From Octopus sinensis (taxonomy: Eukaryota), in assembly GCF_006345805.1 (NCBI RefSeq), contig NC_043003.1, forward strand, positions 48,546,001 through 48,610,000: a stretch of 64,000 nt of DNA. The letters are read 5' to 3'. Below, in pieces: positions 49,921-61,911 of the stretch; the first letter of the stretch is position 1; every line of letters starts with the position of its first letter. A program made the position numbers and the translations under genes. Under the pieces are notes generated by a model. The model searched no databases, was not told the origin of the DNA, and saw nothing but the letters and a program-made list of their open reading frames with translations.

Positions 49921-51197
49921 ATCATCATTTAACCTCAATGGAATTTGAAATCAGAACCTAAAGAGATGGAAGAAATACCGCAAAACATTTTTTCTCCAAT
50001 CATCATCATCTTTTAACGTTCATTTTCCATGCTAGCGTATGTTGAACAATTTGACAGAAACTGGCAAGCCAGAGGACTACACCAGGCTCCAATTGTCTGC
50101 ATTGGCATGGTTTCTGCATGTAGATGCCATTCCTAATGCCAACCACTTTGCAGAGTGTACTTGGTGCATTTTGTGTGGCACCAGCACCAATGCTTTATAC
50201 ATGGCACCAACACATGTGCTTTTTTGCGTTGTGCCAGCATGGCTTCATGTTATGTAGCACAAACATGAGTGCTTATTACATGGCACCAGACAAAATTGTT
50301 ACCGAAAGTATGGAGCCAACTCTGTCTTTCTAATTTGAAATTCTTCTGGAGATGTCTATACTTTACCATTTATTCACTACTGGTAAAATAAGTATCTGCA
50401 GTGCATTAAAGTCAATTGTTTGTACTCAGATTATGAAATAAAAGACAAAATATACACCATGTCTTTTGTTTCTGATAGGGGCATGGTTAAGAAATAGAAG
50501 TCATTAAAATGTAATAAATTGAGGTTATTGATCAGCCTATGATAAAAGCCTATGATGAAAAAAATGTTCAGTTATGACCATTTTTTTTTTTTGGTTATCC
50601 TACATGTGTCTAGAATGACATAAAACCAGTGGCATATGATGGTTGTTGTCCTGGGTGTGCTGCCACATCCAATGCCACCAAATTTCAAGCAAGGGTATAA
50701 CAAAAGTTTTCCATTAAGATTTGTGATTGAATTAAGGAGTAAAGTTAATAATTATAATGAATTTGCCATTTTTGATGGGTGTGCAGTGCATACCTAACAC
50801 ACCTGGAATATACACCTCTGTGTAAAACACAGTGTCCTTTCTTTTTAAGGGTGTAGTTTTCAAAAATATTTTATAGTTATTTCTAACAAGTTTAGTGACC
50901 ACATAGAAAATTCCTCAGTAGTTAAGCAAGTTTAGATGCTTTTTCAGTATCTAGTTAGGTGTGTCCCCTATCAGGATTCAAATGTACTCACTGTGACTTC
51001 TGTTGTTTTTTTTTTGCTTTTGTTTTTGTCTTTTTTTTCCTTTTTGGTGTTGATACATTAACAGTTTTATTATGTTCAAATAAGATACTAAAAATATATT
51101 CACGCTTAAGGTATTTAGGTACATCTCTTTATGATCTGTGTTCAAATACCACACATGCCTACTTGGCCGTTTGTCCTCCTTTGGGTGATAAAATAGG

Positions 51198-51690
51198 TAC
51201 ATGGTCTGATCAATAAGTATCCGGACTGTTGCTATAGTAACGAAGCTGAAGCACACAGAGTGAAGCTGCTTGGCACAGATTGACCTTGAACTCTGCTGTG
51301 CATGTACACTAAGTTTTAACATTCTAGCTCACTTCCACTGTTCACAGCAGTGCTTGGAAGGAACATGTGTAGCATGTGACTGCCACATTGACCATGACAG
51401 AGAAAGGTGAGCAGAGATTCTGTACCAAATTTTTCCAAAAGCTTGGTGGTACCTGCTCAGGGGCCTATGCAAAGTTTTCAAAAGTTTTCATTGTTCTCAA
51501 CACAGTCAAGGAGATCTTGTGCAACTGAAACCTGAGTGTCTTTTGGGTCAGCTGAAAGAAGTTTTGGTACAAACTTGGCAGACACATGTCTCATACCCAA
51601 ATCTTCGGTGATAATGAAGTGAACTGAACCGTAACTAATCTGCACATCCTCTGATAACTCACAGATGGTGATTCAACGATTTCCCCTCAC
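51198..51690 (+). mobile_element. mariner left end joined to an inverted internal fragment
   Basis: Plus strand MTEKGEQRFCTKFFQKLG; minus strand 51481-51690 EDLGMRHVSAKFVPKLLS (WVPHEL-type motif). Confidence 0.8.
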
Positions 51691-51945
51691 AGCTGCCTTT
51701 TTAAATGGTACCAGCATTGGTAGGATCACCAAGTAACTTGCAAGACAAAAACCCTTTGAGAGGAGAGGGGTCAGATGATGAAAGGTTATAGTGAGACAGA
51801 AACAGGTGTCATGCTGTAGGGAAGGTACATGGTTACCTAGAGAGAGAGAGAGAGAGAAGAAGAATGAGGATAGAAACAGATGTGCTACTGTAAAGGAGAT
51901 ACATGGCTACCTAGCCTAAGGGAAGAGCAGGAGAAGGAGAGAGAG

Positions 51946-51993
<48 letters not shown>

Positions 51994-52179
51994 TGGCAGG
52001 AGAGAGATGGTGACAAAATGCTGGGCATACTCACAAGGGGCAGGGATCAGAATATAAATGGCATGGTTGAGTAAAAGAAGAGAGAGATAGATGGTGACAA
52101 GTGCCAGGGCATAAACCTTGAGATATGGAGGTCATAATATAAGTGGCAGGGTATTGCCAAAGAAGTATATGAATACCTC

Positions 52180-52385
52180 CAATGGTGGAAGTTGTAAAAA
52201 AGAAGAAAAACGGGACAGTGCTGGCAGTAATACACTACCAGTATGTTCCGAAGCCCCATTGGTGGAAATTGTGCCACTGATGGTGAAAGTTGTAAAAAAG
52301 AAGAAAAACGGGACAGTACTGGCAGTTAATACACTACCAGTATGTTCCGAAGCCCCGTCGGTGGGAATTGTGCCACCGATGGAGG
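52180..52385. repeat. Tandem repeat, ~100-bp unit, two copies
   Basis: gttgtaaaaa(a)gaagaaaa(a)cgggacagt.ctggcagt.aatacactaccagtatgttccgaagcccc occurs twice. Confidence 0.85.
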
Positions 52386-54400
52386 AAATTGTAGCCTCGA
52401 CCCAATGGAGGAACAATATTTGGTTTTTTCCAGAAAGTAAGAGGCGATGGGAAAGCTTTTTAAAAAGCTTGCCAGTGCAGGAAACATAACCTGAAATGGA
52501 CTCATTCCCTGTGGATGTATTCTGCTTCCGATCAAGGTACCCTGATCTGGCACTATTGGAGTGCTTGAGTGACACTTCGTGCCGGGTCAGGTGTCGGTGG
52601 GGTGGAAAATTGTAAAAGTAAGAGGATGAGTGCCTCATATTGAAAGGGCATATGACCCATAAGAAAAAATTGTAAGAGGCCAAGTGCTTCATTTTAAGGA
52701 CATGGTGTCATTTGAGGTAAGAGGCTTAGTGCCTCATTGTAAGGACCTTGAGTCCCAAAGAAATATTGGTAAGATGTTTATTGCCTCAAATTGTAAGCTC
52801 ACAAAAGAACAATGTTTTAGAGAAGCAAAGATCGGTGGATGTTTTTTGCCATCTCACATTAATATCATCCTGTTCACCATTCATCTCATCTCATTAATGT
52901 CTTTGTCCAGCCCATAGCTTTTCCATCTGTGTATGGCTTTCATAGCCAATTTAATGAAATAAAGAAGTATATGAATAAAAATTCATTATGTGCAACATAA
53001 AGGTCAGCTAAATGCTATGCCAGTGAATTTTCAACCAATATTTTACTATATCAGCGATGACCAATTTTCTCTTAACAAGTAGTTACCAGTGGATACTTTC
53101 TACTGATGAAACCCAAAGAGACAGAAATGTACATCTAACAATACCACCACCTCTGCTGGACAATTTTTGTCTGCTACTGATGTATTTTTATGTTTTTTAA
53201 CATTGTACATCTATAAGGGATATTATCTCAGGATGAATATTGCAGTTAATTAGGATTTCCACGAATGTGTATATTCTAAGTATGATACACAGATAGCTAT
53301 ATACATATATGACAGAATTCTTTGTTTCCATCTATAAAATCCACTCACAAAGCTTTCATCAGCCTGGAGCAATAGCACAAGACATTTGTTCAAGATGCCA
53401 CTTAGTGGAATTGAACCCAGACCGTGTGGCTGGGTAGCAAGCTTCTTAACCATACAGCCATGTCTGCACCTCCTTTATATATGCTATATAAAAATAAAAA
53501 AAAAAAAAATTACAGGACATGTTTTATCATAGATCTGCTTGGTCAGAATTGGCTTGAGGCTAAACAACATAGCAACTCTATGATACTTGCCATATTGGGT
53601 GCATAATAAAATTCTCATGAATAAGCAGACACTTACATATGAAAAGAAATGTTTAATGCTTAAAGGCTTTTTATTGTATATTTCTTAACTAGTAAATATA
53701 AATTTAGATTTTTATGTACTGAGTCATAATAGTCTTGTGATAATAGGGAAGTGGTTGTATTTGGGAGGAGCTAGCTAAAAGTAAACAAAGTGTAGGCTGG
53801 ATGAATAACGGTTACTTATATTGGCACAAGTGCTACTATTCCCAGGTCTGAATAGACTTGAGAACAATAGTGGCCAAGAGGTAGATTCACACTCCTCAAA
53901 ACCGTGGAATCTCTGAACCAGGGCCATACTACTGGATGCAGTTTAAATAGGATATAACCACCTGAGCCAGAGTACGTTGAAATCATGGGATGCAGCATGG
54001 TGAATGTGAACTATTTCAGCAAATGAATTTGTTGAGAAGTGCTGAGTGGATGAACTGAAAACAAACTGACAATGGCCAGGATCAACCAGTTCAGTTAATG
54101 AACGACTGCTATTGTTTGTAGTCTTTGTATGTACAGATAGTGAAAGACCAATGTTACTAAAGCCCGAACCAGACATTTATGTCATATCACTTGATCGGGA
54201 CCTGGAGGTGTTGTATTGGATTGAGCAAACTGCCTGACCAGATGATGTATGATGATGATATTGGCATAATGTCACAAATTTATTGCAGAACAAATATAAT
54301 CAATCAAGCAAGAATTTGTCAGAATGCTTCCAGGAAAGTGAAACAACCCATGTTACACGATGAAAACAGTGAAATTTGGGGGTAAGAGTCAGATGCTTAG

Positions 54401-55089
54401 GGATATGTAAAAAGTGATGGTTCAAAAAAGTTGGTTAAAATTGATGGTAACTTGAATAATGCCAAATACATCCAGGTGCTGAAGAACAATTTGACACCAG
54501 ACGTAGATGAAGGTGAAATTTTTCCGCATGAGGGAGCTCCATGCCACAGATCGCATGCAACACAACAGAATCTGGCTGATGAAGGTGTTACCATATTGAA
54601 AGATTAGCCAGCTCAGAGCCCTGACTTAAATATCATTGAGCAAATGTGGGAAGAACTAAAGAGAAGAGTTTGTCAGAAGAATCCATGCAAACTTGAAGAG
54701 TTGTGGGAGCTTAGCTACAGAGAATGGCACCTTCTACCCGTGAAAATGGTGAAGAATTTGTATGCATCTCTTCCCAGGTGCATTGAAGCAATTATTCAAG
54801 CTGAGGGAAGCCATATGAAATATTAACAATGTACAGTAAATTCTTGAAATGAACATTATATAATAGATCTTCACCATAGACATTTTTCTGTTTTAAAACA
54901 CTGTATTTTGATTGGTTTATGTAAGATGGGTGAAAACTTTTGCATGGCCATTTTGGGGGGTTGTCTCATATCTTCCCTTCTCATTCAGAACCCTTACAAT
55001 GTTTCATCTGTAAAAAATGCACTTATAAGTTGGCAATTAGTAGAAATTTACAATGGTTTAAAGTGGCTGAAGACTTTTGCATGATACTG
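54401..55089 (+). mobile_element. Tc1-like transposase C-terminal fossil plus right end
   Basis: LVKIDGNLNNAKYIQVL...GAPCH...*PAQSPDLNIIEQMW...LYASLPRCIEAIIQAEGSHMKY*; element ends ...ctg|TA. Confidence 0.88.
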
Positions 55090-55124
55090 TATATGTACAC
55101 ACACACACACACATCCTCCTCCTC

Positions 55125-55397
55125 CTCATCATCGTTTAACGTCTGCTTTCCATGCTAGCATGGGTTGGATGATTTGACTGAGGACTGGTGAACCAGATGG
55201 CTGCACCAGGCTCCAATCTGATCTGGCAGAGTTTCTACAATTGGATGCCCTTCCCAACGCCAACCAATCCGAAAGTGTAGTGGGTGCTTTTACATGCCAC
55301 TGGCATGAGGGCCAGTCAGGCAGTACTGGTAACAGCCATGCTCAAATGGTGTTTTTTACGTGCCACCTGCAGGAGCCAGTCCGACGGTACTGGCAAT
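55125..55397 (-). mobile_element. RTE 3'-tail fragment
   Basis: Terminal motif, flanked by (CA)n and (TA)n. Confidence 0.8.
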
Positions 55398-55400
55398 ATA

Positions 55401-55449
<49 letters not shown>

Positions 55450-55559
55450 TATACATACATACATACATACATACATACATGCATACACACATAAAATAAA
55501 AGATGTAAGCACTGTTGAAAATGATTGAAAAATTGATGCTTTCAAATGAAAATACCATG

Positions 55560-57150
55560 TGGTATTTGTTTCAGCAAGTCAGACAATCCTTGCCACTCTT
55601 GTCCTTGGAAATGCAGTGAACCAGTGATTGACCCATGATAAAACCTTTAAACTATTTTCTGCAAAATACAAACATAAAAGGAAAACTAAAACAGATAAGT
55701 GGTTCAAGTGCTGGTAAGTCTCCTCAAAGATATCTGTTGATGACTTTCTAAAATTGTTCAGTTTGGAGGAAAAGTGCTTAGGGTCTATAATTTTTGCAGA
55801 CCCGCCCAGACTTATTATTGTGGTCAAGGATGCAGATGTTTGTGAAGGCAGATGTAAGAAGTGTGGAAATGTGGAACTTTAAAAAGGGGAAAGCATTGGT
55901 AAGGAGATTTAATATGGATTAATAACCATAGTGGATGTAAAACACTGTGCCTTAGTGATGGGTGGTGCCCACAGTAAAATAAATTTAAGAAACACTTGTA
56001 AAGAAATGTGTCAAACTCAAGTACGTTGTGACTCATGGATGAAGATAAATAGGTTGAAATACACGGGGAAATAAAGTTTTGTAGATAATGGAACAGTGAT
56101 GACTGCAATGATTGTAATGAAGAATAGCTGATGTTTAGCCCTAGGTTAGTCCTAAATGAGTAGACCTATGATTAGAGGCATGATTAATTCAACATTTATT
56201 AAGATGGAGTGTATTTAAAAATGTTATGTAATGTGTCTTTTTGTAGTACAAGCAGTGGGGTGTAACAATGTTTCCAATGATATGATTGTGCTTTTTTGTG
56301 TTAATGAAAGAGAACAAGATTGGCACAGTTTTGAGATCTCTGTTCAAGGAGTCAATCAAGATTTGGCACAAGGTGTTTAGGCTGCTTGTGGATGATATTT
56401 GGGAATGGAAAGTCTGTTGCCATCATCTGCATAGGAGTCAGTATTCTTAGAGATGAGAAGTAGGTCATTGTGGAGGTGCATGGCTTAGTGGTTAGGGTGT
56501 TGGACTCATGATTATAAGATTGTGGTTTCAATTCCTGGATCGGGCGATATATTGTGCTCTTGAACAAAACACCTCATTTCACGTTGCTCCAGTCAACTCA
56601 GCTGGCAAAAGTGAGTAGTCCTGCGATGGACCAGTGTCCCATTCAGGTGGGGAATTTATACACCATGAAACCAGGGAACCGGCCCTTATGAGTCGGTATG
56701 TCTCGAGAAGGTAACTTTACTTTACTTTACAAGCAGATCATTGAGGTAAAGAGGGAAGAGTATTGGGAACAAAATTGAATCCTGGGGCACATCAGACTTG
56801 TTAAGAATAAGTCAGCATAGAAAACAGATGTTAAATGATGATGACAATGATGAAGATTAGACTGACTCAGACAGAGCTTGATCGGCACATTAGGAGGCCA
56901 TGATCTGGTAGAAAGCTACAAAATCAGTCCATGAAATAGACAGACGGGACCTATAGGCAGGTAGTTCTGCTATTGTTGAGGGCAATGGCACTGAATTCAG
57001 CAAATCCTGTAAAGGTGAGAGGCCACTGGTAGTGATACAGGAGAGGGAGTCAAGGTAATAGAGAAGGTTGATGTCTCCATCAATTTTGAAATGTTGAATA
57101 TGAGTGTGACAGGATGATAGACGGCAGGGTCTGAAGGGTTGCCTTAGTTT
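55560..57150 (-). mobile_element. Highly degenerate CR1/L2-group LINE RT fragment, split by a SINE C insertion
   Basis: Minus strand VPQDSILFPILF (~56750-56790) continues across the SINE to NDLLLISKNTDSYADDG (~56418-56468). Outer limits are uncertain. Confidence 0.6.
56473..56730 (+). mobile_element. SINE family C variant
   Basis: A/B boxes, (actttt)n-like tail, imperfect flanking repeat aag(t/c)ag(g/a)tcattg. Confidence 0.82.
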
Positions 57151-57840
57151 AGGAATGGGACACACACACACTCACTCAGTCACACACACACACACAAACA
57201 CATACACACACACACACACACACACACTGCTGCCACCTCTACCACCTTCATTATCATCACCATTGGTTTAACAGCTACTTTTCCATGTTTGCATGGGTCA
57301 GATGAGATTTACTGAAGCAGAATTTCTATGCGTAGACACTCTTCTTGCCACCAATCCTCACCTGTTTTCAAGCAAGGTAATATTTTCTTCTCTAGTCTGC
57401 ATTTGCCTTCACAGAAGACCAAAAAACAAACATCACCATGTATATCACGGTAAAGTATTGTTTACATTTAGCAAGTGATGCCATGGCAAAGAGTGACACC
57501 AACACATATCTAACATGTAATCAACTGGCTACTTTTCGAATTCCATCTACCAATTTATCACATAAGGCTTAACTTGGTTCAGGCTTCATAACAAACTCAA
57601 GGTGCTGCACAGTGGGACTGAACCAAAAGCCACTTGGTTGTGAAGCAAACTTCTTAACTACATAATCATGATTGCAATTTCTCTATCTCTTTATATTTAT
57701 ATATCATATATATTATACATTATATATATTATATATTTTATATATTATACATTATTAAGGCAGTGTTCCAGTATGGCCGCAGTTAAATGACTGAAATAGT
57801 AAAACAAAAAGAAATATATGTTATATATATATATATATAT

Positions 57841-58181
57841 CTACCACCACCACCACCGCCGCCGCCACCACCACCGCCACCACCACCACCATCATTTAAT
57901 GTTGGTTGCCCATGCCATTTGCATGACACCAGTATCTGCCATGGTCGCAATTTTGCATGGCTTGACAGGTCGTCTTCTCAAGTATGTCATGATGCTGAAA
58001 GCCTTGGTCATTGCCTCTGTGAGGCTCATCACTCAAAAGGAATTCAGCCACTTTGCCTCTGTGAGGTCCAACACTCGAACGGAACTTAACCACTTTGTTT
58101 CCGTCAGGCTCAACTCTTGAGAGGAACTCAACAATTTTGCCTCCATGAGGGCCAATGCTCGAAAGGAACTCAGCAACTTTG

Positions 58182-58184
<3 letters not shown>
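57841..58184 (-). mobile_element. RTE 3' UTR fragment (39-bp-repeat subfamily) embedded in (TA)n
   Basis: Repeats matching 27680-28050, with (TA)n on both sides. Confidence 0.75.
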
Positions 58185-58219
<35 letters not shown>

Positions 58220-58301
58220 TTCAGATGAATATGATACTTAAGTTGAGGTACCAGAATTTAGTATGGTATTATCCATACAATTTTAAAGTAAGGTGATTAA
58301 A

Positions 58302-58376
58302 ATCAAAATAAGCAACAAGGATATCCAGTACAATCATACCGCATTACCTCTGGATAGCCTTGTTGCTTATTTTGAT
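58302..58376. repeat. Fold-back, 27-bp arms
   Basis: Arms 58302-58328 and 58350-58376, 1 mismatch. Confidence 0.85.
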
Positions 58377-58423
58377 ATGTATGTATGTATGTATGTACGT
58401 ACGTACGTATGTATGTATGTATG

Positions 58424-58454
<31 letters not shown>

Positions 58455-58545
58455 CCTATGAAGGTGTATTAACATAGCAAATTTACTTATTTCTCTGAAG
58501 ATTGCTAAAAATGAAGAACAGCCTTAATCAATTTTTGAATCATGT

Positions 58546-58597
<52 letters not shown>

Positions 58598-59371
58598 TTG
58601 ACACAGTGTATCTTTATTACAACTGCCTGAGTAAAAATGGTAACATTGCTTATATTCTCCAGTCAGCACATTCTCCATAACTCAAAGGATGTCTAAAAAC
58701 TAATGGAATGAAAAGTACCTTACTTGAAAAACAAGTGGTGAGTGACAACCAGAGGAGTATCTGGCTGTGGAAAATCTGTTTAGTAAGTTTTATCAAACCT
58801 ATGTTAGCATGGGAAAATGGACTTTTTTTACCTCCATTTTCCCATGCAATTGCTACTGTGATATATACATATACACACATACATATATGTGTATGTGTGT
58901 GTGGTTTAGATACCAGTACATAAGTTGCTTTAATGCAAAATTTAGAAATTGCATGCAAGCACACACACATGCACACACAAACATGCTTGCACATAAATGT
59001 AGATACAGCTATATATCTGATGAGGTAGACTTGACCTATGCTCACGAAAGTTTAAGCAATGCGGAACTGAATCAAAATGTTATCAAATACATGTTAACTC
59101 CAACCTGATATGCTGAGTGCCACTTTCATTCATTTGTTCACACACTTGTATATATCTTTCTTTTCTTTTACTCTTTTCAGTTACTGGACTGCAGCCATGC
59201 TGGGACACTAGTTTGAAATTAGGTTGACCAAACTGATAACTACTCTCAAGTCTGGCATTTATTCCATATTCCGCTTTTGCCAAACTAAGCTGCAGAGATG
59301 TAAACAACTCCACACTGACTATCAAGTGGTGATAGAGGAAAAACAAAAACATACACATACATTCATATATA

Positions 59372-60330
59372 TTGGGTTGGTAAAAAAGTTCATAGCATTT
59401 TTTTAAGTAAAATTCATTAAAATTCATAGGCATAGGAGTGGCTGTGTGATAAGTAGCTTGGTTACCAACCACATGATTCCTGGTTCAGTCCCACTGTGTG
59501 ACACTTTGGGCAAGCGTCTTCTACTATAGCCTCGAGCCGACCAAAGCCTTGTGAGTGGATTTGATAGATGGAAACTGAAAGAAGCCCATCGAATGTGTGT
59601 GTATATATGTTTGTGTGTCTGTGTTTGTCCCCCCAACATCACTTCACAACTGATGCTGGTGTGTTTACATCCCTGTAACTTAGCAGTTCGGCAAAAGAAA
59701 GCGATAGAATAAGTACTAGGCTTCCAAACAATAAGTCCTGGGGTCGATTCATTCGACTAAAGGCAGTGCTCCAGCATGGCCACAATCAAATGACTGAAAC
59801 AAGTAAAAGAGTAAAGAGTAAAGAGCAACAATATTTAAATAGTTTACTCAACCACATATTTCTCATTTTGTTCCAATACCATCCATTATCTTTGAGGCAG
59901 CTTTGTGATCCCATCTTCTCAGAACTTGGCATCTTTCTAGGTCATGAACTAGTCTAAGTAGTTTTTACAATCTTTTAAAGAATCAAAGTTCTTCCTTTGT
60001 AAGAAAATTTTGCAGGGATCGGAATAAATTATAATCTGAAGGTGCAAGGTCAGGCGGGTATGGTGGGTGGGGTAGGACATCCCACCTAAGCTGCACCAAT
60101 TTCTGCAGAGTCTGCAAAGAAAGGTGCAGTCTTGCATTGTCCTAATGTAAGACAGCACCTTTTTGACTGGCTAATTCTGGATGTTTTTCATCAATTGTCT
60201 CCTTTAATCAGTCTAATTCAGAACAATAATAGTATGAATTTAATGTCTGATTTTGGGGAAGTAACTTGTAATACACAATGCCCTTCTAATCCCACCAGAT
60301 GCAGAGCCTGACCTTCTTCAGGTACAGATC
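59372..60330 (-). mobile_element. mariner C-terminal fossil with terminal repeat, split by a SINE A insertion
   Basis: Minus strand WWD*KGIVYY...H*DNARLH...WDVLPHPPYPPDLAPSDYNLFRSLQN; TA plus ttgggttggtaaaaaagttc end. Confidence 0.85.
59429..59822 (+). mobile_element. SINE family A, full length, inside the mariner fossil
   Basis: Same structure as other family A copies. Confidence 0.87.
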
Positions 60331-60331
60331 A

Positions 60332-60361
<30 letters not shown>

Positions 60362-60370
<9 letters not shown>

Positions 60371-60413
60371 AATTTCAAGCTGCAAATATTTTCAGCTTGA
60401 AATTAAATGTTTT
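60362..60413. repeat. Hairpin with ~21-bp arms directly after (TA)n
   Basis: aaaacatttaatttcaagctg / cagcttgaaattaaatgtttt. Confidence 0.88.
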
Positions 60414-60604
60414 TAGTATGAAACAATTGTACTAATCTACCGATCCATTCTTGTTGCTTTTTTCTTGGTTATAATCACCCCACATAATTTTATGGTTAAT
60501 AACATAAAGAATCTTGGTGCATCTAAGTTAAGTACCATATTCATTTGAATTCTTTTGAATCTTAATTGTTTTTGCTGAAATTATATATATATATATATAT
60601 ATAT

Positions 60605-60818
60605 CTTTTACTTGTTTCAGTCATTTGACTATGGCCATGATGGTGCACCGCCTTTTTTAGTCAAGCAAAATGACCCCCAAGACTTATTCTTTGTAAGCCT
60701 AGTACTTATTCTATCAGTCTCTTTTGCCAAACCGCTAAGTTACAGATACGTAAACACAATAGCATAGGTTGTCAAGTGATGTTGGGGGAGACAAACACAG
60801 ACACCCAAACATATACAC

Positions 60819-60859
<41 letters not shown>

Positions 60860-61016
60860 CACATATATACTACGGGCTTCTTTCAGTTTCAGTCTATCAA
60901 ATCCACTCACAAGGCTTTGGTCGGCCTGAGGCTATAGTAGAAGACACTTGCCCAATGAACCCGGAACCATGTGGTTTGTAGGCAAACTACTTACCACACA
61001 GCCACTCCTACGCCTA
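60605..61016 (-). mobile_element. SINE family A, full length
   Basis: Same structure, reverse complement. Confidence 0.87.
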
Positions 61017-61691
61017 CTTTATATACATACACACACACATATATACACACACACAAATACACACATACTTAAATACACACATACACACACACACAAACAT
61101 GTGCATATGAGAAGGTTGTGTTAAGGTATTGCTAACAGTGACTGACCCCAAAAAATCCCCTAATATCTCCAATAGCCTACTCACCTCTATTGTTCACTGT
61201 GCTAATTCTAGCTAAAACCCTTTCTTTATAGACTCAAGTACAGTCACACAAACAGTACAGCTCAGGGTTTCCAGTTAGTCCACCACTCCCACCACTCCAC
61301 TAGCTTTATGAAAGTGGTGTTGGTGGTGGCTGCTATCTATTATGATGATAAGAATGTAAAAGGGAACTTTGGATGTTTGTTGGAATGATCCACCATGAAA
61401 ACAAACTAAAATATGAGTGGATGGGTCGGGTTTGAGCTGATGGATAAAAGATTAGCTACAGGTATAGCATTTCAAAGAGACAGGTGTGTACACACACACA
61501 CAACACCTATGTATCAGAAGTGGATGTCCCCTATGATACACCCACATGCCATTAGTATTTATGACTATCCCAACCAATCCCTTCCTTGTGGCTTCATCTA
61601 AATATTTATATCCTGATATTGGATAGAGGTTCTTTCTGTATTTAGCTCCTTGTGGACATGTTTTTATTTTGTCTATATGTCTAATGCTTAA

Positions 61692-61911
61692 TCCTTTTGT
61701 TACAGTATCTATATTTCTTTCAATTACTTTAAATATAACAAAGAATTTAGTAAAATAACTTAGTTATCATTCAGCTAGTGTTAGTGTTAGGAACATAAAT
61801 TGTGACTAAGGTTTGGTGGAAGATTTTTAATTCAAAACTTATGAAAACAAGACGTTTGTACTCAGAGCCAGAGCGGGGGGGGGGGGGTCAGCTGAGTTGG
61901 TAACAAAAGGG
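61692..61911. mobile_element. piggyBac-type MITE, second copy
   Basis: TTAA flanks; TIRs ccttttgttac / gtaacaaaagg. Confidence 0.85.

Noticed and set aside
53100-53135. CTGATGA...GAAATGT hammerhead-like string (weaker ones at ~43085-43115 and ~30470-30500)
   Set aside because: Stems I and II do not pair convincingly; too degenerate to call.
54179-54385. DQMMYDDDIGIMSQ resembling an RT YADD block
   Set aside because: Only one weak motif; possibly an ancient LINE but not supportable.
57787-58120. Poly-Pro / poly-His ORFs
   Set aside because: They come from a (CCA/CCG)n expansion of an RTE tail.
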